Below are positions 1 through 13,100 of a DNA stretch of 64,000 nt, in pieces (within the stretch, counting starts at the first letter, position 1; every line of letters begins with the position of its first letter). The DNA is from Schmidtea polychroa. Lineage: Eukaryota. The notes below the pieces were generated by a model, which made no database searches, had not been told where the DNA came from, and was given only the letters and a program-made list of their open reading frames with translations. The DNA lies in assembly GCA_044892525.1 (NCBI GenBank), contig CM097887.1, positions 72,478,001 to 72,542,000 on the forward strand. Direction: 5' to 3'. The position numbers were made by a program, and so were the translations under genes.

Positions 1-4
1 CGGC

Positions 5-2232
5 ATGTTCGAATACAACCGAATGCCATTTGGTTTACGAAACGCCGCAGCAACTTTCCAACGATTCATGGATCAAACAATGAAAAACAACAAAAACACA
101 ATCGCTTATCTGGACGACATCCTAATAACAAGCCCAGACAAAGAAACACATCTAAAGGACGTGGAAAAAGTGTTCAAAACGCTGGCCAATGCAAAACTAA
201 AAATAAACACTCAAAAGTGCGAATTTATGAAAACGGAAATAAATTTCCTTGGTCACACGCTAAACGACAAAGGAACACAACCAATAGAAAACAAAATAAA
301 CAATATAAAAAATTACAAACTGCCGACAAACACAAGAGAGTTGAGGAGATTTCTAGGAATGGTAAACTTTTATCATTCTTACATCCCAAACTGCAGTAAA
401 TTACTAGCAACCCTAAACGATCTTATCAAAACAAAACGGAATGTCACAATAAACTGGACACAACAAACAACCGACACATTCAATAGAGCCAAAGAAAGCC
501 TATCAACGGCAACACTACTCGGTTACCCAGATCCAGAACTAGAGTATCAACTAACTACAGACTGTTCTGGTTTTGCAATGGGCGCAACAATTTTCCAGGA
601 AAATAAATTCGGCAAACAACCACTGGGATTTTTCTCGAAAAAACTAAAATCACATCAAACAAGATACTCAACATTCGACAGAGAACTCCTAGCAATACAC
701 GAAGCAATCAAACACTTTCAACATTTACTCGAAGGACGAACCTTCAAGATATACACGGATCACAAACCGCTAACAAACGCAATAGAAATGAAAAACCCTT
801 CACCAAGGCAGATTAGACAAATCAATTTCATCTCACAATTCAACTGCACAATAAACTACGTAGCAGGAAAATCAAACATAGCAGCAGATGCTCTATCCAG
901 AATTGAAAGTGACATAAACGCCCTAGAATTCGAAGAGATAATCGAATTGGATCAAATTAAATCCAAACAAAATGAAACAATTAACAAACTCCCCACTAAA
1001 CACAGTTTGAAACTACAAGAATTCAACGGAGTATGGCACGACGTCTCCAACGAAAGCAACAAACAAATATTACTCCCGGAGGAATTCCGCCAAAACTGTA
1101 TCGAAAAAATACACAAGATTAATCACCCGGGAAACAAAGTAACATTCGAGCTAATACATAACAACTATATATGGCCTAACATGCGGAAAGATATCAAAAA
1201 CTACGTCAAGAGTTGTCACAGCTGCCAACTAAACAAAACAACAAAAAAACTCAAAACACAAAAAGTAAACTTCCCAAGCAGCGAAATATTTGAAACAATA
1301 CACACAGATGTGGTAGGACCATTACCACCAAACGACAACTACAAATACCTCCTAACAATTATAGACAGGAAATCCAACTGGTTCGAAGTAATCCCAATAA
1401 AAGAAATCAGCGCGAAAAATATCTGTGAAATGATCGAATTAAATTGGATAGCTCGTTATGGCCAACGGAAAACAATCATAACTGATCAAGGCAGACAATT
1501 CGAATCAGAGATGTTCAAAATACTGTGCAATAAATACAATATCAAAAGAAATCGAACAACAGCTTACAACCCACAATCAAATAAGAAAATTGAACGGTTT
1601 CACAGAACATTAAAAAAAAGCATCAGAACAAAAGCTAATGACCAAAACTGGTTAAATCAACTGCCAACAATATTAATCCGACTGAGAAATAGCCCAAACT
1701 CAACAGATAATGAAAGTCCAGCATACAAAGTTTTCGGAAAAGCAACAAACTTGCCATCACTTAAATCAGATACAAACAAAAACACCGAAAACAGCAAACA
1801 AATAACAAACAAAAATAGCGAAACCACCGAACAGAAACCAAAAGGAATTTTAAAAAGAAGACCGGACTCCGAATTAGACGGAAAAATAGTATTAACAGCA
1901 GAGTTCATCTTAATAAAAAACCATTCACAAAAGGATTCGAATCCAAATACGAAGGTCCATTCAAACTCCTGGAAATCAACAAGAACGTCGCCACAATAAT
2001 TAAAAATAACAACAAAATGAAAATAAACATCAGACGGATAAAACCATACCACAAGAATATAGACCCCCAAAACGGCTCACCGAAAGACAAAACACAAACC
2101 CAAACACAAACAAAAAAACATGGTAATAATTCACAAAAACATCACATTCAACCACAAAAATTCAATCAAAATATTCGACAAAGACACAATACTGACTCCA
2201 CTATACAAAAAACGTTACAGCGAATGCTTTAA
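5..2232 (+). CDS. Ty3/gypsy pol, 5'-partial (RT end, RNase H, integrase); 1-nt frameshift near 1916-1920
   Basis: RT motifs MPFGLRNA and YLDDIL; RNase H TTDCSGFAMGA...YSTFDRELLA; integrase H-H-C-C finger, HTDVVGP, ITDQGRQFES, IERFHRTL. Adding one A to the A5 run at 1916-1920 gives ...KPFTKGFESKYEGPFKLLE...INIRRIKPY (GPY/F motif), joining ORF 2017-2232. Confidence 0.93.
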
Positions 2233-2609
2233 ATAAAAACACAAACATACACAAACAAACACATGCACAAACAGCGTTAATTGTACAGTTTTTATTTTCC
2301 TTGTAAATACAAAACAAAATGTAAATTTTTAAGGTTATTGAGGTTGTAAACATATAAAAAAACAGAAACAAAAACAAACAAATAAAAACATAAAAAATAC
2401 AACACAAAAGAAAATAAAAAACGTTATTGTATGTTATATTTTTTTTTGTTTACATTTTATTGACTCATGTTAACCTCCGGTTTTAAAGGGGGAAGTTATG
2501 TAATGTATAGTTATTTTTACTAGTATTTTAGTATTCACAATTAGGGATTGTGATTACTAAAATATAAATTGTCACAATCTGGAAAATCCAGATTTTTTTT
2601 AAAAAACTA

Positions 2610-2645
2610 TATAGCGATAATTTACTATAGTAAATTATCGCTATA
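2610..2645. repeat. Perfect 36-bp palindrome within the putative LTR
   Basis: TATAGCGATAATTTACTA followed by TAGTAAATTATCGCTATA, its exact reverse complement. Confidence 0.95.
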
Positions 2646-2750
2646 GGAAAATAGAAAAATAAAAATCGATAAAAATTAAAAGATTTAAAATAATACTTCA
2701 AAACTACAAATTGAAAGTTAAAACGATAATCAAATTTGATAAGAAAAGTA

Positions 2751-3157
2751 ATTCAAGAAACAGAATTGAGAAAAGCAAATTAAGAAACTAATTCAAGAAA
2801 CAGAATCGAGAAAAGTAAATTAAGAAACTAATTCAAGAAACCGAATTGAGAAAAGTAAATTAAGAAACTAATTCAAGAAACAGAATCGAGAAAAGTAAAT
2901 TAAGAAACTAATTCAAGAAACCGAATTGAGAAAAGTAAATTAAGAAACTAATTCAAGAAACAGAATCGAGAAAAGTAAATTAAGAAACTAATTCAAGAAA
3001 CAGAATTGAGAAAAGCAAATTAAGAAACTAATTCAAGAAACAGAATTGAGAAAAGTAAATTAAGAAACTAATTCAAGAAACAGAATTGAGAAAAGCAAAT
3101 TAAGAAACTAATTCAAGAAACAGAATTGAGAAAAGTAAATTAAGAAACTGATTCAAG
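2751..3157 (+). repeat. Tandem array of 10 x 40-bp units plus a partial unit
   Basis: Unit ATTCAAGAAACAGAATTGAGAAAAGTAAATTAAGAAACTA repeated head-to-tail with no spacers. Confidence 0.97.
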
Positions 3158-3849
3158 TACGATTATTTTATTCTGGTTAATAAACTTGTGATAACAATTG
3201 AATTTTGTTGATTATTATTTTTATTATTATTTGTGGTTACACAACACACACCCCGATTGTCCCAACACATTTTTTATCGGTGACTCTTTCGGGCTCATCA
3301 AATTTCCAACTAAACACTACAACTCAGAAACACCCACAAATATATAAGTAACTTATAAACATAACACCACCTCTATAACACCTTGAATTCCGAATGAGTT
3401 AAAAATATACAATAAAACCAGTTTAACATATATTATTTTATTGTGAAAACTCGCTTAACAATTTGTTTTTTGCAAGTTTCAGTATCAGTGTATTTAAATG
3501 CGATAAAGTGAAACCCAATACTCGGTTAACGTTAACATGTCTTGCAGGTTCCTTGGATTTCACGTCATTTTAGACAGTTTCTAGAGTAAATGATTCAAGT
3601 CAATGAAAAAGAAGCTTTTAAAATGCATTGTTGATAAAATTTTAAACACCATCAAATCTGGTAGGCTTATTTTCAGAATATTCTATACAATCTTTAATTC
3701 ACAGCATTTCCAGGCATTTATAATTAATTACTTTAATCATCATTAATTATATGTCTTCCAATCAAGCTGAAAGTCTAAAGATTTTTCTATGTGAGAGAAA
3801 AGAATGACATACAAATAATTTATTAAAAAGAGAGCTTGAAGATATACAA

Positions 3850-4000
3850 TTGAAATTCACTTGAAAAAGGCACTGCCGAAAATTCGTGAGTATCAAAAAA
3901 CATCGATATATTACTGATTTATAGTCTTCAAGCTCTCTTTTTAATAAATTCAATGGAAAAAATAATCAGTGGTGAAATTGGAAAAAAAGTTCTTATAATA
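3850..4000 (+). repeat. Dispersed short repeat family, copy 1
   Basis: TTCACTTGAAAAAGGCACTGCCGAAAATTCGTGAGTATCAAAAAACATCGAT... recurs at about 12005-12185 (+) and 13387-13468 (-, nearly identical); a partial tail is at about 40140-40225. Confidence 0.8.
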
Positions 4001-4193
4001 TACAAATAAGTTTAGAAGTTTCTTTCAACAACAAAAAATTAAATATTTATATCGTACTTTTAAATGCGAGTCAATTTTTTTTATTAATTCCAATTACTAT
4101 ATAACTCAATAAATATGAGAGATAAGATGAATTTTATAATGTTTATTTAATATAATTTTCCTTTACACAATACATTTTTTTTCTTCATTTTAG

Positions 4194-7100
4194 ATTTATG
4201 CATCAAAACCTCCACATCATGCAAAGTCCACTCTAACATTGGCAAAAAATATCCCAAATCTCAATTTAAAATCGAAATTGCTGGAAAATAACAGCAATAA
4301 TAACAACAATAACAACATGGTATCTAAAAATGATATCTCTGTGAACAATCAGGAAAATGAGAACTTTTCTGATAAAAACTTTGTTGTTGTTGATGAAGAA
4401 GCTTGGGAAGATGTTCGACCTTTAACGTCAAGAAAAGAGAGAGTTGCTTCTCGAGCTGGAAGACATCAGAATACAAAAGAGGATGATCAAATGAATAAAG
4501 TAAAGTATTATTATTGTAAATTGATATAATGAAAGTTTTCATGTAGACTTTATTGGTTATATCAACAAAATATTATTTTGATATTTTATATATTACAAGC
4601 AATAATAATTATAATAATTTTGATTTTATTCTATTTATTTTTTAGTTGGTTTTATTTTTGATTTTTTCTTATCTTTTTTAAATAATCGTTTTGACTTCGT
4701 CCAGATTTCGGAAGGTTCTTAACATAAATTTGTATTCTCATTCACTGTCATTCATACTTCGAAAGAAACAATGATTAGTTACTTATAAGCAGTTTACATG
4801 TTAACTTATTCGTTTATATATTTTTCAGGCAAATTGGATAATAATCTAAATATTTAATTTTCTATGTAACAGTGTATGTCTGCGGTGCCATTTGAAAGTT
4901 TAAAATGAGTACTAATTAATTATTAGTTATAGATTATTATTTTTATGTAAAAGCTTGCGCATTCTTTATATAAATATTTGGAATATAGAAATAATTTTTA
5001 GAAGAGAACTATGTGTTTTGATTTATACACTGCTAGGACATAAAAACAATTAATTATCGAAAGTTGAAACATGAAAAAGAGTGTCATTTTATGGCTAGTA
5101 AAAGTAATAATAATCAGATCTAAAACATCAAAAATAGTAAAATAAGTAATTCTAACAACTTTAAACCTTACAGTCACGGAATTTATTAAAGATATTTTGA
5201 TACTTGTGTCTTTCACAATGATCATAAGGTAAATAGTTTTAGCACTTTGGTGTAAATATTTCGAGGCTTGTCTTTGTAAGTGATCAGCTTTATGGTGCAT
5301 TGAAGTTTGAAGAAAAACCATGAGAACTTTCAAGATTTCATTGATAACTTGCCATTTCAAAGAATCATACTTTTACCGAAAATATTATGATCAAGGAAAT
5401 TTTCAGTCGTCTCATTATTATTAGAGGAATCATACCCATTTTTGTTAGCAGATGATATTTTTATATTAATATAGTAGAGCAGTGGTCCTGAAACATTTTA
5501 GTCTACGGCACACTAAACGTTAAGTTGAATGGAAGCTTTTCAAAAAATATAAATTAAATAAATAAATAAATATTGAATCAAGTATATCATACGGCCTCCA
5601 TTAAAATTTATTAACAATATTAACTAGTATTAAATAATAATAAAATGATTAAACAATATTATATCAAAGAAATATTTTTAATCCCTATTACTTTTAATCA
5701 AATCAAGTAAAACGAAGAATATATATTGTATATACTTGTATATATTTGTATATACAATCTCCTTCGTATATTACACACAAATTTTTATTAAATATGTAGT
5801 CTTCACCTTTATCTTCCCACTGAATTTCATCCTTTTTGTATTTTTGAGTAAATTCGTCAATTGGATGAGCTGTCATGTGGATAATAAATTTTATTTTATT
5901 AAATTAAAAATATAGTGTGTAGATTAGTAATTTGGTGTGTATAAATAAAGGTAATTAGTAATTTTCAATTATTGACTTCTCGAAAGCTTACCATCAGTTT
6001 CCTGTACATATCGATGACGTTCCCAAAACTGCTATAACCACACCATTTGGAAATTTCGAATACATGTTCATGCCTTTCGGCCTAAGGAATGCAGCCCAGT
6101 CTTTACAATGCTTCATGGACACAATTTCCGGGACGTCCACCATGCTTTTGCATACCTCGACGATATAATCGTAGCATCACCCGACCGCGACACCCACAAC
6201 AAAGATCTACACACTGTTCTTGACATATTGAACCGTTATAACTTACAGATCAATGTAAATAAATGCAATTTCTTTCAAAAATGTGTCAGATTCCTTGGTC
6301 ACATACTGTCATGTACGGATTGCGAACCTTTTCCTGAACGACTTGACGTAATCCGCAGCTTTCCATTACCCGTCACCGTAACACAACTATGTAGCCTTCT
6401 TGGGGATTGTCAATTTCTGTCACAGATTCATAAAAAACGCATCACACATAACGGCACCTCTTTCAGCACTGAAGAAAGGAAAGAAAAACTCCACCATTAA
6501 CTGGTCCAACACAACACGTGACGTATTCAACACAGTCAAAGACGCTCTATCCAAGATTACAACTCTTCACTACCCGAGTCATGACCTCCCATTCACCCTC
6601 ACAACAGATGCATCAAATATCGCCGCCGGCGCAGTCCTTCATCAAATTAAAGACAATGTTTCACTCCCAATAGAATTTTTCTCTAGAAAATTTTCATTGG
6701 CAGCGTCAAAGTACAGTGCATTCGACAGAGAATTACTTGCTATTTTTCTAGCTGTTAGGCATTTTTGCCACATTTAAGAAGGTAGACAATTCACAGTCTT
6801 CACTGATCACAAACCGCTTATCCACTGTCTCACCATGAAAGACCCACCAAACAGGGTACATCGCCAGTTAACATACCTATCATCTTTCGACATTAAGTTC
6901 GCACATGTCTCCGGTAAAGATAATGTAATCGCTGACTATCTTTCCAGAAACTTTTCAGCATCTATCTCATCAAACCCCAGTAATTACTCAAGATGTTCTC
7001 CGTTCAACCCCACTGACATCAGAAGATCTCGTCCATTTCAAAGACTCGCTACAGACAATAGACGGTATACATTATGATACAATGTATAAAAACACTCAGA

Positions 7101-10100
7101 CCCATCCTACACTCTTCGCTTCGGAAAGAAGCATTTCTCGCCATTCACAACTTGCACCACCCAGGAATTAAGTCCACATACCATCTCCTACCCCAAAAAG
7201 TCACGTGGTTCTCATTATTCAAAGATGTAAAAATGTGGGTGCCTGAATGTCAAGGCTGGCAACAACACAAAGTGAACCGACACACTAAACCAACAGTCAC
7301 TCCTTTCCCAACGGGTTCGAGATTCGATACACTTCACATTGACCTAGTCGGTAAACTACCAGCAGACGACGGATTTTGTTACATCCTGACAATGATTGAT
7401 CGGAAAACACGATGGTTTGAGGCCGTTCCTGTCCGTGACATCACCGCTCACACGGTTGCACAAGCGTTAGTATCCACCTGATTTTCACGTTATGGAATTC
7501 CAACCTCTATGATCACTGACCAAGGTGCACAATTCGAATCGGATCTTTTTGAACATCTTACATCCAGCCTCGGCATAAAACATTTAAGAACCAGCTCTTA
7601 CCATCCGCAAACAAACGGTCTCGTCGATCGCGCTCATCGAACTTTGAAAGCATCTCTTAGAATACTCTCAACTTCAACTTCATGGGTTAAAGCGTTACCA
7701 TTTGTTTTACTAGAATGGCACAACACACCCAATCGTTCAAGCGGTGTGTCACCTTCACAACTTTTGTTTGGATCCAACACTTTCATGCCCAATGAACTTA
7801 TCGATCTTTACAATTACTCACCATTAGACGAGATCAATCTAACACGAAAGCATTTTTTGAGCTTAGATACTAACCCGTCGTTCACATATTCCACGTCGTA
7901 CAAACCATATATACCACAGTCCATTTGCTCAGCAACTCACGCATGGATGAAAACTATCGACTCTTCAAACCTCAAACCCAGATTCAAAGGTCCGTTTCGC
8001 ATCATAGAGCTGTACAAAAATACAGTGAAACTCGATATTGACAACAATCACGTCATGATCAACCTTTCCAGATTAAAACCAGCCCTTTGCACCCTTGAAT
8101 ACGACGAAATCCCAAACGACCATATCACAAAAGACTTTAACATAAACGAAGACATGGAACAACCGACAACACCACTAGATACACCAAATGTTCAACTCCT
8201 TCAAAAAAATCCGCCATTCCCCTCAAGGCGAACACGTAAACTCTTATGATCTTCAGTGACTCCTTCCACCATTATCACCGTCTTCATCTTTTAATACGCT
8301 CCGCGTACTTCGGCGGGGGCTATTGTAGTACCTCTGACTAGCACTTTTATCAATTTAATAATTGAACTAAAAATATATTATTAAATTAAAAATTAAAAAT
8401 TTAATAAAATTAAAAATTAAAAACATTGTTTAAATAATCTTTTTCACTTTTTCGAAAATCATCAAATTCAATTAAAAAAATCATCAAATTCAAACATGTC
8501 TAACGAAGTAACTGAAGTTGTCACTGAAGTGGAAAAAGTTGAAGAATCATCAAATCGAGTCAAAATCAATGGATCAAATAAGTCAGAAATACAGGAAACA
8601 GAAACCTTCATCGTATTCACAATGATATCTCTAGTGATGTTCAAGTTAATTGTGTGTTTCTACAGGCTCTTTAATTATCGATGTTGCTTCAACAAAAATA
8701 ATATAAAAACTATTATTTATAAAAATATTTTTAGAAATTTCATTTTTACTAATAATTTTAAACAATTCTATTAAAACAGATATTTAAAATTTATCATCAC
8801 ATTTTCCAAAAGAATCAACAAATATGAATTATTTCTTATTTAAATTCTAAACTACAATTTAAAATAATGATTGTTTTATTTTGAACTACTGTTTCGAATG
8901 TTATTTTATTGTAATTTTAATTAAATTTAAATTAAATTTAACACTTTATGTCTTTCTTCAATATTAGTCGCATATCTATGGCACTAAGAGGCTCTGGTTC
9001 TCAAAACGTGTTCCGCGATGAACTTTCAAGCGTTCCACGAAAAATCAAATGTACAATTCAATTAAAAATAGTTTGAAAAAAAATCAATTCAATGTAAAAA
9101 AGTAGTATTTGGAAGCAGGAGGTTGCTAATAACACACTGCGACACGATTCCGTTTCTTTTTTACACTATAATAATGGAGTGTTTTTGCGAACATTATTCT
9201 TTTTTTATTGCTCTTTTGGTTTCAAAAGGTTAGCAGCTCGCACCCCCTATTTTAAATTTTATGCTGTATTGTGGATGTTCCGCCTAAAAATAAATCGGAG
9301 TTCAGTGTTCCCCGACTTCAAAAGGTTTGAGAACCAATGCTATAGAGAGTTTGATCTGTATATGAATAAAAATTAATTATTAATTGTTGACATAAATTAA
9401 TGTTTTTAATATAAAATATAAAGGTGAAAATTAAAGAGATTTAAACAAATATATCGTTTAGGAATTATACATGAATGAACCACCTGAAAGTGTAGCAGCT
9501 GATCATTTCCAAAAATACGAAACAGAAGACTTTCCAAAGCGAATATCTGTAATGACAAATAAAGATCTTAATCAGAAATTCGGAACAAATCCAATGAGCA
9601 TGACTCCATGTAATCAAAAGCAAGATAATTTTTCGGTAAAACTCAGCCAGTCTCCTAGAAATGTGGAATCACCCTTACAAGACCCCGTCAGCAAGTTATC
9701 GAAACCAATCCAAGCAGCATTTATTCAGATGAAAGCTACAGAAAATTCAAAACTACCTAATGATGTGGGTTTTGTGGCCAATATTATTGCACTATTGTTA
9801 ATATGTGAATTTATATTTATTCTAAATTATTTAAAATCCTAAAAAATGTTAAGAATTTTTGAGTGAAAGGGAATAATAATTTTAAATTGTATTTAGATTA
9901 TCTATGAAAATGATATACAGGCATCTCTTGAATAGCACGGTTCATTGGTTCCGCGTTATTTAATATTTTCTGGTATGGAGCTAATAAAGTTTAAAATTTT
10001 CTCTTGATAGTTTATTTTCGTGACAATAAAGGATCCTTTTCAACAAAAAGGAAATCTTATTTCTTTACTGTCTCCAAGCCTTCTTTAATATCACGGTTTA

Positions 10101-13100
10101 AAAGATTTGTAATCAACTCTTTGCAAGAACATTCAATTTTTTCATTCATAGTGATGGCCGTGTCCTCATGAATTATTTCTACCATATTATATTCACCCAA
10201 AGTTGGCTCATAAAATAGCTCATCAAGATCTTGTTTATTCATATCGTTAAATCCTTCGTCGCCTAACGAATGGGCAATATCTAATATTTGATTTCTGGTT
10301 TCGCCTTATGAATCAACATGTTGGTTTTCGATAACCCGGTAAAGAATTTCTTTCCAGTTTGCTGTGAGTTTTGAAGGTTTTTAACTATTTTATTGTATGA
10401 TATAGTGTGTATGCTATTCAAAATGGAAAATTCTTCCCATGCTTAGAAAAGCTTCAAATTTTCATCTGCTTCAATTTTGTTTAAAATTATTTCAAAAGAT
10501 TTTCGTATAAAATAAGATCTTAATGTGGAAATTGTACCTTGATTTAAGGGTTGAACGTTAAAAATCCTTTGAATGATATTATCCCGCAACAATACAACTT
10601 TAATATTTCTCTTTCCACTTCTGAAATAAAATATTGTTCGAACCATCCATTTAAACATGATTGATGTCATTCAGGATTTATTATTTGTTCAGCAATAAAC
10701 TGGCAGCTCAGATTTAATCACATTTTTCATTGAACGAGATGTGAAAGATTGAATAATAGTCAGTGGTTACAACAAACAGCTACTGGGAACATTACTGCAC
10801 AAATACTCTTTAGCCATTTTGAACCCATTGACAGATTTCTGTGATTTTGATATAAAAGTTCGCGATGGTGTCTTGTTTCAATATCCATGTTAGAAACTAC
10901 TCCTTAGTATAACCTCCATCACTTATAATTATCAGCAGCTCTGATATAGTGAATAGCAGCCACCGCATCCGCTGAGGCACCTTTCAGTGTCAGACTATGT
11001 AACGAATGTCTTTTTTATAACTTTTATTATATCCAGCCTTTAATTAGCAGAGAATGATTTGTTTTGAGTTTGTAAGGTTGAATAGCTCATTTCCATCAAG
11101 CCTTCATATGTTTTCAGGGTTTTCTGTTTGATAGTAAGTCCATCTAATGAAATCCTCTTTTTATTACAGTCTTCTATCCAGATAATGAGAGCTTCCATTT
11201 TCACCATATCTAAACCTTGCGTGCAATCCGGCCGTTTTGGAAATGTTGAAAAACATAATGTTTTATTTTTTCATCATATCTTTTAATTGTAATAATAGTG
11301 AATTCATTTATATTTAGTGATTTGACTATAGATGACACCTTTCCTCCTTCATTTATTTCTTCTAAAATTTCTATTTTTTGTTGAAGCGTAATCATGTTTT
11401 TCTAAACCGGTAATTTCTTATTTCGTATCGACATTTTTTTAATTTAAGCATTATGTAATAATAAATTGAAATATTTCACGAGACAGAAAGACCTTTAACT
11501 GGATTTTGTATACATAGATAAGAATCCTTTATTTAATAGTAAATTTTGGATGTTGTCAATAAGAAAAAATAAAGTCAACTAAAAATCGGAAATAAAATAT
11601 TCATATTAACATGCTTCCATGTTTACACTGTTATTGGGAAATTTCCCGAAATTCGACAGTGTTATTCAAGCGTTATGTTATTTGATTACAGTCGCATTTT
11701 TAACCGTGTTATTAGAAACTTAGAGTAATTCAAATACCGTGATATTCAAGGGATGAGTATGATTTTTGGAAAGGACACGATATGGTAGGAAAAAAATGTT
11801 CTATCTAAAGTAAGACGTATTTCAGGTTTAGTGTTATATAAACTAATATTTAATTGCATAAAGAATTATGTAAAAAAAAATTTTTTTCCATAACTCATGA
11901 GCGTATATTTTTGAAACCGGGCAACTTTATTTCCAACAGATTTTAATTATTCGTTTTTATTATATGATATTGTTTCTTGAACTATCATTCTGTTGCCATT
12001 AATTCAAATTCACTTAAAAAACGCAGTGCCGAAAATTCGTGAATATCAAAAACATTGACTATGAATCAGTAAATATATCGATGTTTTTGATATCTTTACT
12101 GATTCATAGTCAAGCTTTTTAATAAATACAATGTCAATTGAAAAGAAATCGGTGGTGAAATTTGAAAAAAAAAGTTCTTATAATATTAAATTTATGCTTA
12201 TTCTTTAAAATCTTTTTATTTTATTTAACCAATCTTAGAATGGTTTTGTTTGATCTAAATAAATTCAACTTTTAAATTAATTATTTTTTCGGATATCTTT
12301 CTGTCTTCACTTTTTTTAATTACTTAAGGAAATTTTTCTTTGTATCGAATTAAATAATTTATCATGTATTTGTTTTTTTTTCATTTGTTCATTTACCTTT
12401 ATCTTCATTACCTTTTTACTTATAAGCTCAAGAAAAGCAGAATAAAAATTGTATAGTTTTGTTTTTAATATTTTTCCTTTTGTAACTCGATTTGATAAAA
12501 CTTGGAATTATTTTAATTGAAACATTAATTATTTAAATTCTTTTTAAACTTTCGATTAAACTTCGACAAATAATTTCCTGACACGGAATTATTAAAACCT
12601 TGCTTAATTTATCGTCGATTATATCGCATTCGATTCCACTACTATTGTGAGTCATTTTCTTATACATTAAGCAAAAAACGTATGGAAACATGAGATAGAA
12701 ATTTGTTTCTTTTTTAACCATTTTGTTCTACTAATGCTTAGGATCCTTTCCTTTTATATACCAACACAGTTTTATATGGGCTTTCAAATGGTACTATTTG
12801 TGAAACAATATGATGTTTCATGACTATATTTTTATTGCTATTTTGTAAACATACTAAATTTTGAATCAAAAAATTATGGAAACTTTTTACATTTCTATGA
12901 TTTGGTTTAAATTCATCAATTATACATGTGTTTCTGGAATTTTATACGACAATATAAAAGCGGCATTGATCATTTTATTTTTATTCTGAACGAACTTTCT
13001 TTACAACTCAGCAGTCTCGTGTCTACAAGAAAGTATTTGTCAGGCAATATTTGAGAAAGAATGGTGGACCTTTATATTTATGATGGAAGGAAGAAAATTG

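Larger units (their letters stand above)
2485..3245 (+). mobile_element. Polypurine tract and 3' LTR of the first gypsy element
   Basis: AAAGGGGGAAG at 2485-2495, then TGTAATG at 2499 (LTR start). AATAAA near 3178 and ...GGTTACACAACA near 3245 as the likely end; the right boundary is approximate. Confidence 0.65.

Noticed and set aside
2751-3157. CRISPR-like regular repeats
   Set aside because: Units are contiguous with no unique spacers, there are no cas genes, and the context is a eukaryotic LTR.
8496-8774. 92-aa [17 protein letters not shown]...
   Set aside because: Lies in a putative LTR, has no motif and a low-complexity AT-rich tail; not supportable as a gene.
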